Positions 1-9,004 of a DNA stretch of 43,783 bases are shown piece by piece. This DNA is from Rhodoferax sp. (GTDB taxonomy: Bacteria > Pseudomonadota > Gammaproteobacteria > Burkholderiales > Burkholderiaceae_C): assembly GCA_020048795.1 (NCBI GenBank), contig JAIFMA010000075.1, positions 1 to 43,783 of the forward strand. Direction: 5' to 3'. The position numbers and the translations under genes were made by a program. A model generated the notes under the pieces. That model ran no database searches. It was given only the letters and a program-made list of their open reading frames with translations, and was not told the origin of the DNA. Position 1 is the stretch's first letter. Every line of letters starts with the position of its first letter.

Positions 1-2
1 CC

Positions 3-875
3 TGGCTTGCCGAATTCATCCTGTTGTCGGCCTTGTGGGGTGCCTCGTTTTTGTTCATGCAGCTGGGCGCTGCGGAGTTTGGCGCGCTGCCCACGGCCGG
101 TGTCCGGGTGGTGGTGGCTTCGGTGTTTTTGCTGCCCTTGCTGCTGATGCGCGGACTGTGGGCCGCGCTGGTGCAACATCGATCCAAGCTTTTCGTTTTG
201 GGCATGCTGAACTCGGGGCTTCCGTTTGCCTCGATTTCGTTCGCCTTGCTGTCCATCAGCACCGGCCTGTCGTCACTGCTCAATGCCACCGTGCCGTTGT
301 TTGGTGCGCTGGTGGCCTGGGTCTGGCTGAAAGACCGACCGCATGGCCTGAAGATCGTCGGCCTGCTGATTGGCTTCGTCGGTGTTGCCATGCTGGCCTG
401 GGGCAAAGCCAGTTTCAAACCTGATGCGTCTGGCTTGTCCAGCGGCTGGGCCGTTGTCGCCTGCCTGTTTGCCTGTCTGTGCTACGGCATTTCAGCCAGT
501 TTCACCCGGCGCTACCTCAGCGGCGTGCCCTCACTGGTGATTGCCACGGGTAGCCAGATGGGTGCCGCGCTCGGGTTGCTGGTGCCAACGCTGTGGCTTT
601 GGCCAGCACAAAATCCCGGTGCGCAGGCCTGGCTGGCGTTGCTGGCGGTGGGTGTGTTATGCACCGGCATCGCCTATGTACTGTTTTTCAGGCTGATTGA
701 AAAAATCGGCGCGGCGGGGTCGCTGACCGTGACTTTTTTGATTCCGGTGTTTGCGGTGATTTACGGTGCCATTTTTTTGGGCGAATCCGTCACACTCTGG
801 ATGCTGCTGTGTGCTGCCATCATCTTGTGTGGCACCGCACTGTCGGTGGATTTACCGAAGCTGTGGCGGCGGTAA
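3..875 (+). CDS. EamA/DMT family transporter (5' end runs off the window)
   Basis: About 10 hydrophobic helices, LWGxSF start and NATVPLF motif; the frame is open from position 3 (WLAEFILLSALWG). Confidence 0.9.
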   Translation, partial: WLAEFILLSALWGASFLFMQLGAAEFGALPTAGVRVVVASVFLLPLLLMRGLWAALVQHRSKLFVLGMLNSGLPFASISFALLSISTGLSSLLNATVPLFGALVAWVWLKDRPHGLKIVGLLIGFVGVAMLAWGKASFKPDASGLSSGWAVVACLFACLCYGISASFTRRYLSGVPSLVIATGSQMGAALGLLVPTLWLWPAQNPGAQAWLALLAVGVLCTGIAYVLFFRLIEKIGAAGSLTVTFLIPVFAVIYGAIFLGESVTLWMLLCAAIILCGTALSVDLPKLWRR

Positions 876-884
876 AACTGCTGT

Positions 885-1646
885 TCAATAATTTCTGTAG
901 GCGGACAGACCCAGATTGCCAAAGCCAGAGAAAGCATTGCCGTAACTGCTGCCGCTGCCAAATGTGTCACCCGTCGTTTGCTGCAAGGAGGCCAAGGTGC
1001 TTTGCTGGTTTTTCAGGACCGAGGCACGTTGCGTCAATGAGCTCACTGTGCTGCTGACGTTGCCGTTGCTGGCCAGCTCCTGGGTGGCGGTTTTGTCCAC
1101 CTGCTGACCCATTTTGGCGAGGGTGATTCTGACGGCGGCTGGATCGGCCGTCTGCGCCGCATCAAACTTTTTGGTGTCGATCGTCAAGCTGCCGTCGGAT
1201 GCCAGGTTGAAGCCAATTTTCTTGAGCGAATCGCGCGTTGGTGCATCTGCCGAGACAGTGCGCACCAAATCCCGACCAACTCTGCTGGCGCTCTGCGCCG
1301 TTGCAGACTCTCCAGCCCCAGTCGACGTGGTTTTGGCCGCGCTGACTGCGGCGTTAAAAGCACCTACAAAGCTTTCGGCCGCCGATTTGACCGCAGCGTT
1401 GGTACTGGTGTTGGGCAGACTGCCCAGCGCCTTGGCGGCAATCTGGGTGCCCGACACGGCTGACTTGAGCTTGCCAAATGAGGACAACTGGGCCGAGGTC
1501 ACATCCACCTGGGACTGGATGCGTTGCTCAGCCTTGCGCAACCCTCCTTGCCCGACCGCACCCGTGCTGGACGTTGACTGGGTTCCCGGGTTAAGACCCA
1601 GATACGATCTTGCAGAATTGGCTGCCACAAAGTCGTTGATATTCAT
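885..1646 (-). CDS. Short FliD (flagellar cap/HAP2)-like protein, orphan
   Basis: Ala/Ser/Thr-rich. QLSSFGKLKSAVS resembles the FliD N-terminal coil; FVGAFNAAV and DGSLTIDTKKFDAA resemble the FliD C-domain. Start taken at MNIND, after a GAAAGG RBS. Confidence 0.6.
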   Translation of the reverse strand: MNINDFVAANSARSYLGLNPGTQSTSSTGAVGQGGLRKAEQRIQSQVDVTSAQLSSFGKLKSAVSGTQIAAKALGSLPNTSTNAAVKSAAESFVGAFNAAVSAAKTTSTGAGESATAQSASRVGRDLVRTVSADAPTRDSLKKIGFNLASDGSLTIDTKKFDAAQTADPAAVRITLAKMGQQVDKTATQELASNGNVSSTVSSLTQRASVLKNQQSTLASLQQTTGDTFGSGSSYGNAFSGFGNLGLSAYRNY

Positions 1647-1786
1647 GATGAACCTTTCCGGAAAGGGCCATGGCCGCCCCATATCTGGCAGTTTATGCCT
1701 ATTTCAGGCCGATGTGTTGACTTTCAGGCACCCTATAACGAGCTGCCATCCTTTCAGGGTACCAAAGCCGCTTTGGCGTGAAGCTG

Positions 1787-2359
1787 TCAAGGGCGACGAA
1801 ATATCGTCGCCTGAGCTGCCCAATGCCGGGCGCTCAAGGCATCCAGTCTGACTCTGCCGCCGGTCGAAGGCGCGTGAACAAAGCGCCCGGCACCCACATA
1901 AATCCCGGCATGAGTCGCTGCACCGCCCTGTAGAAAAACCACCAGATCACCCGAACGAAGTTGATCAGCATTGACCGGCTGCCCCCAATCCCGGAGCATG
2001 GCCACTGTCCGCGGCGCTGCCATCGCGGCCCGGGTTTGGTACACATGCCCGATCAGACCACTGCAGTCAAAACCCGACTCGGGGGTGTTGCCGCCGTACC
2101 GATAGGGTGTACCCACCAGACCAAGGGCATACACAGTGACCTCACCCGCCTGCTCCGGCGAAATCCGGGACAGAACTTCGGCCGCTTGTCCCAGCGGCAT
2201 ACCGGCGCGAGGCATTGGGGCCGTGCTGCAGGCTGACAACAACAAGACCAGCGTCGAAAGCGCAGCAACAAAAAACCTGTTGATGGCAACACCCAGGCCG
2301 GCAGATCGACTTGCGGCAAACCAGTTGCCAACAAAGCCCGACGCAGGCGCGCGCATCAA
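1787..2359 (-). CDS. NlpC/P60 (C40) cell-wall peptidase lipoprotein
   Basis: Lipobox LLSAC; GTPYRYGG...GFDCSGL catalytic Cys; HAGIYVG and FVHAPS. True start uncertain. Confidence 0.9.
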   Translation of the reverse strand: MMRAPASGFVGNWFAASRSAGLGVAINRFFVAALSTLVLLLSACSTAPMPRAGMPLGQAAEVLSRISPEQAGEVTVYALGLVGTPYRYGGNTPESGFDCSGLIGHVYQTRAAMAAPRTVAMLRDWGQPVNADQLRSGDLVVFLQGGAATHAGIYVGAGRFVHAPSTGGRVRLDALSARHWAAQATIFRRP

Positions 2360-2604
2360 GTGCCGGCCCCGACGGCGGCCTTTGCTGCGCCTGTGACAGA
2401 AGAACCCATTTTGATCTGTGCTTCGTGCGCAATGCGCCGCTTGAACGCCCTTGTGCTGGCGGAGTCCTCATTCAGATGGACGGCCTTGATATCACCCGAG
2501 ACACTCGCCAACAGCACGATGTCGGTCGCAGTGATGGTCTTGGCGAAAGTGGCGATCATGCCCACATCCAGGTGTTCAATATCGCAGCCGTTTTGGATAT
2601 TCAT
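2356..2604 (-). pseudogene. Truncated MaoC/PhaJ-like (R)-enoyl-CoA hydratase remnant
   Basis: FAKTITATDIVLLASVSGDIKAVHLNED..AFKRRIAH is the MaoC N-half with a degenerate GD-N-x-H motif; most of the C-half is missing. Confidence 0.75.
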
Positions 2605-3067
2605 GGTTTTGTACCCGATCACGTTGATTTACTTTGAACTGCAACCCAGCGCCCCGCAGAAACCAGCAAGCGTGCCATGGCAACCGTAGCAGTGATCATG
2701 CCAGACTTGCGCGTCGGATCATCCGGGGTTGCCCGCCAACGGGTGTGCGGCCCGGTGCCAATGGACCATGAAATTGGCCCATTCCAGCGCAGTGCAATGC
2801 AGTGCAGTCAAGTATTCCATTTCCAAATCATTTGTGTCTGGGCGCGAAGCCGCCGGCAGTGCACTGGCTTGTGCCAATACATCTTCAGATGTATTGGGAG
2901 GACAAGGCGAGGCAGCAACGACAAGGATGATTTGGAAATCGAATAACATGCCATGATCAGGCGGGCTGCCACCTGCGCCTCATTGCCGCGGCACCGCCTG
3001 ACAAACTTGCAACACCGATGAACCAGATAGTTCTGACCACTGCCACATTGCCTTGTGGCCAGCACCG

Positions 3068-3838
3068 ATGAAACACGACACGATTAACGCCGACGATGGC
3101 GAGCAACTTCACGTCTACCGCTGCGGCAGTGGCTCGCCCATCCTGCTGTTGCACGGCTGGACTGCCAACCATACCGCCTGGGCACCACTGATCGAATCAC
3201 TGGCCCTGCGCCATTGCCTGTTGCGCCCCGACATCATCAACCTGCTGGACCACTATGGCATCGCGCAGGTCGCTGCCGTTGGCCACTCGATGGGCGCTTT
3301 GACCCTGTGGCAATGTCTGGGCGATTTCGGTGGCGAGCGTTTTTCACATCTTGCTTTCATTGACCAGTCGCCCAGGCTGCTCACCGACGACAGTTGGAAC
3401 AAGGGCATTTACGGCGATTTCGACAGCGTCCGGGCACAACGCTTGCAAGATGATCTGGGGACCGACTTTGTTGAAGCGGTGTTGCGTCTGGCCGCGCTCG
3501 GTCTCAACGACAAAGCCCGCGAGAGCTACTTGCGCAACAGTTCGGGCTGGCGCGTCGTGCGCGAGTACATGCGCAGCATCAACCCGGCGACCGCCATTGG
3601 CATCTGGAATTCCCTGGTGGCCGCCGATTACCGTAGCGTGTTACCCACCATCAAGGCACCCACGCTGCTGGCCTACGGTACCGCCAGCAACTTCTACACG
3701 GCCGAAACCGCCCACTATGTTGCAGCCCAGATACCCCATGCACGGCTGAGTTTCTACGAGGGCGCTGACCACAGCCCTCAGCTGTCGAGTCCGGAGCGCT
3801 TTGCTGCCGAACTGCTGCAACTGATTGACGGCAACTGA
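3068..3838 (+). CDS. Alpha/beta hydrolase with apparent in-frame internal deletion (possible pseudogene)
   Basis: LLHGW, GHSMG nucleophile elbow and GADHSP His are present; the DxRGHG segment is missing at LLRPD|IINLL (~3231). Confidence 0.8.
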   Translation: MKHDTINADDGEQLHVYRCGSGSPILLLHGWTANHTAWAPLIESLALRHCLLRPDIINLLDHYGIAQVAAVGHSMGALTLWQCLGDFGGERFSHLAFIDQSPRLLTDDSWNKGIYGDFDSVRAQRLQDDLGTDFVEAVLRLAALGLNDKARESYLRNSSGWRVVREYMRSINPATAIGIWNSLVAADYRSVLPTIKAPTLLAYGTASNFYTAETAHYVAAQIPHARLSFYEGADHSPQLSSPERFAAELLQLIDGN

Positions 3839-3848
3839 GGGTGACCAA

Positions 3849-4097
3849 TTACCGATAAAAGGCTTCTACCTTGCCTTTGAGCTTGATCAACAGGGGATTG
3901 CCCTTGCGGTCGCGCGACTTGCCGGCGGGCACCTTGATCCAGCCTTCGCTGATGCAGTATTCCTCGACATCCATGCGCTCCTTGTCGTTGAAGCGGATAC
4001 CCACGTCATGCTCGAATACGGCTGCCACGTGATGGGGGCTGCGCGCGTCAATGGACAGATGATCAGGCAATGGCGGGCGTTCGGTGGTTTGGTTCAT
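3849..4097 (-). CDS. DUF3297 family protein
   Basis: LPDHLSIDARSP...GIRFNDKERMDVEEYCISEGWIKV...KLKGKVEAFYR signature. Confidence 0.85.
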   Translation of the reverse strand: MNQTTERPPLPDHLSIDARSPHHVAAVFEHDVGIRFNDKERMDVEEYCISEGWIKVPAGKSRDRKGNPLLIKLKGKVEAFYR

Positions 4098-4117
4098 GGC
4101 AATTGTTCTTTGGGTGA

Positions 4118-5254
4118 TCAGGCGGCCCCGAGATGGGCCACCAGGCTACCTGCATCCTGGCCATTCTTGAGCGCGGCAGTAAATGCCAGCATACGGTCAA
4201 TCGGCAGGCGGGCACGAGCCATGATAGCCGGGTCCACCTGAATTTCGTTGGTGCCGGTCTCCAGCACGCGGACCACGTCAGCCAGACCGTTCATGGCCAT
4301 CCAGGGGCAGTGGGCACAACTCTTGCAGGTGGCGCTGTTGCCGGCTGTGGGGGCTTCCAGAAACCGCTTGCCGGGGTTCAGCGTGCGCAGCTTGTGCATC
4401 ATGCCGTTGTCGGTGGCAACGATGAAGGTACTGGCATCCATCTCACGCGCGGCTTTCAGAATGCCCGAGGTTGAACCCACTGCGTCAGCCAGCGCCACCA
4501 CTTGCTCGGGCGATTCGGGGTGTACCAACACCCGGGCGCCCGGGTGCTCGGCCATCAGGGCTTCAAGCTCAACCGCCTTGAACTCATCGTGCACGATGCA
4601 GGAGCCGCCCCACAGCACCATGTCGGCACCGGTTTCACGCTGGATGTAACCCCCCAGATGCCGGTCGGGCGCCCACAGAATCTTGTGGCCCTTGTCCTTG
4701 AGGGCGCGCACCACATCGAGCGCGCAGCTGGATGTGACGAGCCAGTCAGAACGCGCCTTGACCGCTGCACTGGTGTTGGCATAGACCACCACCGTGCGCC
4801 CGGGATGGGCATCGCAAAACGCGCTGAATTCATCCAGCGGGCAGCCCAGGTCAAGCGAGCAATTGGCATCCAGGTCGGGCATCAGCACGGTTTTTCCCGG
4901 CGACAGGATCTTCGAGGTTTCACCCATGAAACGAACCCCCGCGACCACCAGCGTGGTGGCGGCGTGGTCACGGCCAAAACGAGCCATCTCCAGTGAATCG
5001 CTGACCAGACCACCGGTTTCTTCCGCCAGGTCCTGCAAGTCCGGGTGAACATAATAATGCGACACCAGCACCGCATTTTTTTGCTTGAGCAAGCGCCGGA
5101 TCTGGTCTTTCAGCGCGCCGCGCTGGGCCGCCGAGGGTTCAACCGGCACCCGGGCCCAGGCGTGTTTGGTGGCGCAGAGCGAGCCACCCGCCTGTGGCTC
5201 GCTCTGCGGTTGCTCGTAGTCCACCGCCTTGATGGCCAAAGCCGGGTCTGTCAT
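4118..5254 (-). CDS. nadA: Quinolinate synthase
   Basis: [39 protein letters not shown] and [10 protein letters not shown] motifs. Confidence 0.97.
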   Translation of the reverse strand: MTDPALAIKAVDYEQPQSEPQAGGSLCATKHAWARVPVEPSAAQRGALKDQIRRLLKQKNAVLVSHYYVHPDLQDLAEETGGLVSDSLEMARFGRDHAATTLVVAGVRFMGETSKILSPGKTVLMPDLDANCSLDLGCPLDEFSAFCDAHPGRTVVVYANTSAAVKARSDWLVTSSCALDVVRALKDKGHKILWAPDRHLGGYIQRETGADMVLWGGSCIVHDEFKAVELEALMAEHPGARVLVHPESPEQVVALADAVGSTSGILKAAREMDASTFIVATDNGMMHKLRTLNPGKRFLEAPTAGNSATCKSCAHCPWMAMNGLADVVRVLETGTNEIQVDPAIMARARLPIDRMLAFTAALKNGQDAGSLVAHLGAA

Positions 5255-5294
5255 GGTATCTCCAGATAAAAAATGAACCGCTGGCCGCTCTGAC

Positions 5295-6173
5295 TCAGAC
5301 CGGCATGTCGACAAAACGCATGGAAAAATCGATGGCTTTGACGCTCTTGGTCAGCTCACCAATCGAAATCCGGTCGACACCCGTGGCCGCAATGGCGCAG
5401 ACACCGGACAGGTTCACCCCACCCGAAACCTCCAGCACCGCCCGTCCTGCGGTGATGCGCACCGCTTCATGCAGTTGCGACAAGCCCATGTTGTCCAGCA
5501 GAATCATGTTGGCACCCGCCCGGAGCGCTTCCCTGAGCTGGTCCAGGGTTTCCACTTCGATCTGCACAAATCTGGCCTGGGGGGCAATTTCGGCAGCCCG
5601 TTTCAACACCGCCGTCACGCCGCCTGCGGCCGCAATGTGGTTTTCCTTGATCAGCACCGCATCGTATAAACCCAGCCGGTGATTGACCCCACCGCCAGTG
5701 CGCACCGCATACTTCTGCGCCAGGCGCAAACCAGGGATGGTCTTGCGGGTATCCACAATGCCGGCGCGCACGCCAGGCACCTCTCGGATGGCCTGCACGT
5801 AGCTGCTGGTCTTGGTGGCCACGGCACTGAGCAATTGCAGGAAGTTCAGTGCCGTTCGCTCGGCTGTCAGCAGGGCACGCGCCTGACCCTCGACCTCGAA
5901 CACCACCTGATCGGATTCACAGCGATGACCCTCAGGAATGTGCCAGGTGATTTCGGCGCTGGGATCCAGGTGCTGCAAAGCAAACCTGGCCCAGGGCGCA
6001 CCACAAATCACCGTTGGTTCGCGGGCCACCACCACGGCACGGGCCCGCCGGGCCGGGTCTACCAGACCGGCCGTCAGATCGGCCACACCCACATCTTCCT
6101 GCAAGGCACGGGTGACATCGGCCTGCGCCAGCGCGGCAACCGATTCAGGGGAAAAATCAAAATAATCAGTCAT
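5295..6173 (-). CDS. nadC: Nicotinate-nucleotide diphosphorylase (carboxylating)
   Basis: [40 protein letters not shown]; start MTDYF after GGAG. Confidence 0.97.
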   Translation of the reverse strand: MTDYFDFSPESVAALAQADVTRALQEDVGVADLTAGLVDPARRARAVVVAREPTVICGAPWARFALQHLDPSAEITWHIPEGHRCESDQVVFEVEGQARALLTAERTALNFLQLLSAVATKTSSYVQAIREVPGVRAGIVDTRKTIPGLRLAQKYAVRTGGGVNHRLGLYDAVLIKENHIAAAGGVTAVLKRAAEIAPQARFVQIEVETLDQLREALRAGANMILLDNMGLSQLHEAVRITAGRAVLEVSGGVNLSGVCAIAATGVDRISIGELTKSVKAIDFSMRFVDMPV

Positions 6174-6196
6174 GGGGTGTTCTCCTTCGCTTTCCA

Positions 6197-7222
6197 TCAA
6201 ACCATGGTCGCCAGTTCGGCCGTGGGCTCGCGCCCCATCAGCCGGGCCAGCGCCTGCGGTGGTGTCATCTGACCTTCCAGTACCGCCACGACGGCCTGGG
6301 CAATGGGCATGTTCACACCCACACAAGCGGCACGCTGCACCACGGTACGCGCACTGTAAACCCCTTCGGCCACATGGCCCAGTGCGGCCGTGGCCTGTTG
6401 CAGGGATTGTCCGTGCGCCAGCGCCAAGCCAACCTGGCGGTTGCGCGACAGATCGCCAGTGGCAGTGAGCACCAGGTCACCCAAGCCACCCAAACCCATG
6501 AAGGTCTCGGCGCGCGCACCCAACGCCAATCCCAGACGGGTCATCTCGGCCAGGCCCCGTGTGATCAGGGCCGCACGTGCGTTCAAGCCCAGCGCCAGAC
6601 CGTCACACAAGCCGGTGGCAATGGCCAGCACGTTTTTCACTGCCCCGCCCACCTCGACACCCACCAGATCAGCGCTGGCGTACACCCGCAAGCTGGGGCT
6701 GTGAAAGGCATCAAGCAATGCCTGTCGCACCACCTCATGCGCACTGGCGGCCACCAGCGCGGTGGGTTGAGCAGCGGCAACTTCTTGTGCAAAACTCGGA
6801 CCGCTGAACACACCAGCTATTAATTCAGGAGCTTCCTGCGCTTGTATCTCATGGGCTAGAAGCCCAAAACATTCAGCAACAGGGGCCTCAAAACCCTTGC
6901 AAAGCCACGCCACCGGCACCCGGCAACCGCGCAAACAAGACAACATCTGACGCAGCGCCGCCATGGGCGTGGCGAGCACGATCAAGCCCGTATCGCGCGT
7001 CAGTCGCACCCATTCTGGCACCGGCACCGCACTCAATGACAATTCGGGCGGCAAGACAACACCGGCCAGATAGCGCTGGTTTTCGTGCTGCGCCTGCATC
7101 TGCGCCATCTGGGCTGGACAACGCCCCCACAGTGTCACCTGGTGTTGCGCCGAGCCATTGCGCGCCGCGCTGATGGCCAAAGCTGTACCCCAAGCCCCGG
7201 CCCCGAAAACTACAATTTTCAT
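6197..7222 (-). CDS. gpsA: NAD(P)H-dependent glycerol-3-phosphate dehydrogenase
   Basis: [27 protein letters not shown] and [14 protein letters not shown] motifs. Confidence 0.97.
   Translation of the reverse strand: MKIVVFGAGAWGTALAISAARNGSAQHQVTLWGRCPAQMAQMQAQHENQRYLAGVVLPPELSLSAVPVPEWVRLTRDTGLIVLATPMAALRQMLSCLRGCRVPVAWLCKGFEAPVAECFGLLAHEIQAQEAPELIAGVFSGPSFAQEVAAAQPTALVAASAHEVVRQALLDAFHSPSLRVYASADLVGVEVGGAVKNVLAIATGLCDGLALGLNARAALITRGLAEMTRLGLALGARAETFMGLGGLGDLVLTATGDLSRNRQVGLALAHGQSLQQATAALGHVAEGVYSARTVVQRAACVGVNMPIAQAVVAVLEGQMTPPQALARLMGREPTAELATMV
6815..6869 (+). repeat. 55-bp double-dyad motif, copy 1 (inside gpsA)
   Basis: AGCTATTAATTCAGGAGCT-TCCTGCGC-TTGTATCTCA-TGGGCT-AGAAGCCCAAAA. 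Confidence 0.8.
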
Positions 7223-7262
7223 AGCTACTTACGCAATCGGAACAATGGCTTGATTCCTAAAC
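7208..7262 (+). repeat. 55-bp double-dyad motif, copy 2 (overlaps gpsA start codon), divergent
   Basis: AACTACAATTTTCATAGCT-ACTTACGC-AATCGGAACA-ATGGCT-TGATTCCTAAAC. Confidence 0.65.
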
Positions 7263-7271
7263 GCTCATCGG

Positions 7272-7730
7272 CTACTGGGTCACAATCCGCGGCGCGTCGT
7301 CGCTCTGGGCGGCCTGCTGTTGCTCATACATGGCCTGGAAGTTGATCTCCGACAGATGCACTGGCGGAAAACCGGCGCGCTGGATCAGGTCAGCCACGTT
7401 GCCACGCAGATAGGGGTAGACGATTTGCGGGCAGGCAATACCCATGATCGGGCCCATTTGCTCTGGCGGCAGGTTGCGCACTTCAAAAATGCCGGCTTGT
7501 GTCGCTTCCACCAGAAACACTGTTTTGTCCTTGATCTTGGTTTGCACGGTGGCAGTCACCGACACCTCATAGATGCCCTCTGCCACTGGCGAGGCGTTCA
7601 CGCCCAATTGAATATCGACCGTCGGCTGCTCCTGTTCCAACAAAATGGCCGGCGAATTGGGTTGTTCAAGGGAGGCCTCCTTGAGATAGACACGCTGAAT
7701 CTGGAACACGGGGTCTTGGGTCTCGGACAT
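7272..7730 (-). CDS. secB: Protein-export chaperone SecB
   Basis: [29 protein letters not shown] and [12 protein letters not shown]. Confidence 0.97.
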   Translation of the reverse strand: MSETQDPVFQIQRVYLKEASLEQPNSPAILLEQEQPTVDIQLGVNASPVAEGIYEVSVTATVQTKIKDKTVFLVEATQAGIFEVRNLPPEQMGPIMGIACPQIVYPYLRGNVADLIQRAGFPPVHLSEINFQAMYEQQQAAQSDDAPRIVTQ

Positions 7731-7743
7731 GGATTTCTTTCAC

Positions 7744-7779
7744 TAAAAAAAGCAAACCCGACGCAAACGCTGCGCCGGG
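7744..7779 (-). terminator. Intrinsic terminator-like hairpin between grxC and secB
   Basis: Minus strand CCCGGCGCA-GCGTT-TGCGTCGGG followed by TTTGCTTTTTTT. Confidence 0.5.
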
Positions 7780-7803
7780 CAACAAGGCGGACGCCGAATT
7801 ATC

Positions 7804-8064
7804 TCAGGCGTTGGTCAGCAGGGGCAGCAAGCCACCGCGGCCATCGAGCGCAATCAGGTCATCGCAACCGCCGACATGGGTGTCGCCAATGAAGATTTGC
7901 GGCACGGTACGCCTGCCGGTGAGGCTCATCATGGATTGCAACTCGGTCGGGTTCAGATCAATGCGGATTTCATCGATCTGCTCGACACCGCGGGCTTTCA
8001 ACAGCTGTTTGGCGCGAATGCAATAGGGGCAAACCGCGGTGGTATACATCTTGACGGGTGACAT
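7804..8064 (-). CDS. grxC: Glutaredoxin 3
   Basis: CPYC, RRTVPQIFIG and GGCDDL; conserved position upstream of secB. Confidence 0.95.
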   Translation of the reverse strand: MSPVKMYTTAVCPYCIRAKQLLKARGVEQIDEIRIDLNPTELQSMMSLTGRRTVPQIFIGDTHVGGCDDLIALDGRGGLLPLLTNA

Positions 8065-8087
8065 GACAGGGCTTTCTTCGGGGGACA

Positions 8088-8495
8088 TCAGGCGCGTTCG
8101 ACCGGCAAGTTGGCGGTACGCCACGCATTCATGCCGCCGGACAGTGACACCGCATGGTCAAACCCGAGCTTTTTGGCAATTGACACCGCCCGCTTGCTGC
8201 GGGCACCCGAGTAACAGACCATGATGACCGGCAGCGCCTTGTTCTTGACAGCCGAACCCAGCTTGCCTTCAAGTTGACCCAGGGGAATGTTTTTGGCCCC
8301 GACAACATGCCCGTTGGCGAACTCAGAGGCCTCACACACGTCAATCACCACCGCCTTTTCGCGGTTGATCAACTGCACCGCACCATCTGCGGTCAGAGCA
8401 CCTGGCCCACCGCCACTCACGATCGGCCACAGCAACATACCACCTGCTGACAGCGCAACGGCCATCAGCATCCAGTTATCGAGAAAAAATTTCAC
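8088..8495 (-). CDS. Rhodanese-like domain protein (YibN-like)
   Basis: N-terminal TM helix, GHVVGAKNIP, VCYSGARS, LSGGMNAW; GTG start inferred. Confidence 0.9.
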   Translation of the reverse strand: MKFFLDNWMLMAVALSAGGMLLWPIVSGGGPGALTADGAVQLINREKAVVIDVCEASEFANGHVVGAKNIPLGQLEGKLGSAVKNKALPVIMVCYSGARSKRAVSIAKKLGFDHAVSLSGGMNAWRTANLPVERA

Positions 8496-8579
8496 TTGAG
8501 AATCCTTTAGGTCAGACGAATACATTTGCCCATCATTTTAGAATGCAGTGGCCGCCCAAGCAGTGCATCGGGAAATGCC

Positions 8580-8916
8580 ATGAAAAAACTTGTACTTATC
8601 CGCCACGGTGAATCCGCCTGGAACCTTGAAAACCGTTTTACTGGCTGGACCGACGTTGATTTGACCCCAACGGGCCTTGAGCAGGCCAAAAACTCCGGGC
8701 GACTGCTCAAAGCCGGGGGTTATGACTTGATGTGGGCGACACCGGCGCGCTCAAACGCGCTACCCCTACTGTGACATCATCAGCCTGAATATTCACAATG
8801 GCATTCCACTGGTTTACGAGCTCGACGATGCGCTTCAACCCATCAAGCATTATCATCAGGGCGATGTCGATACAGCAGCCAAGGCAGCAGTAGTCGCAGC
8901 AGAGGGCACGACCTGA
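8580..8916 (+). pseudogene. gpmA: 2,3-BPG-dependent phosphoglycerate mutase, internally deleted
   Basis: N-terminus [28 protein letters not shown]; C-terminus [27 protein letters not shown]...* in another frame. Only ~337 bp remain of a gene normally ~750 bp. Confidence 0.9.
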
Positions 8917-9004
8917 ATTGTTTTTGTCTGACAAGGGAACCCGTGCCACCGACCGGGCTCCAACTGGCTCAAATTCGCCCGCTTTCACATGTTCTGGAAT
9001 CAAA

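Noticed and set aside
1680-1760. Sigma28 promoter for the FliD-like gene
   Set aside because: No TAAA-N15-GCCGATAA with correct spacing on the minus strand.
2719-2949. 76-aa ORF and short GCAGTGCA repeats near 2790-2870
   Set aside because: No recognisable family or RBS; the repeats are too short and irregular to support a call.
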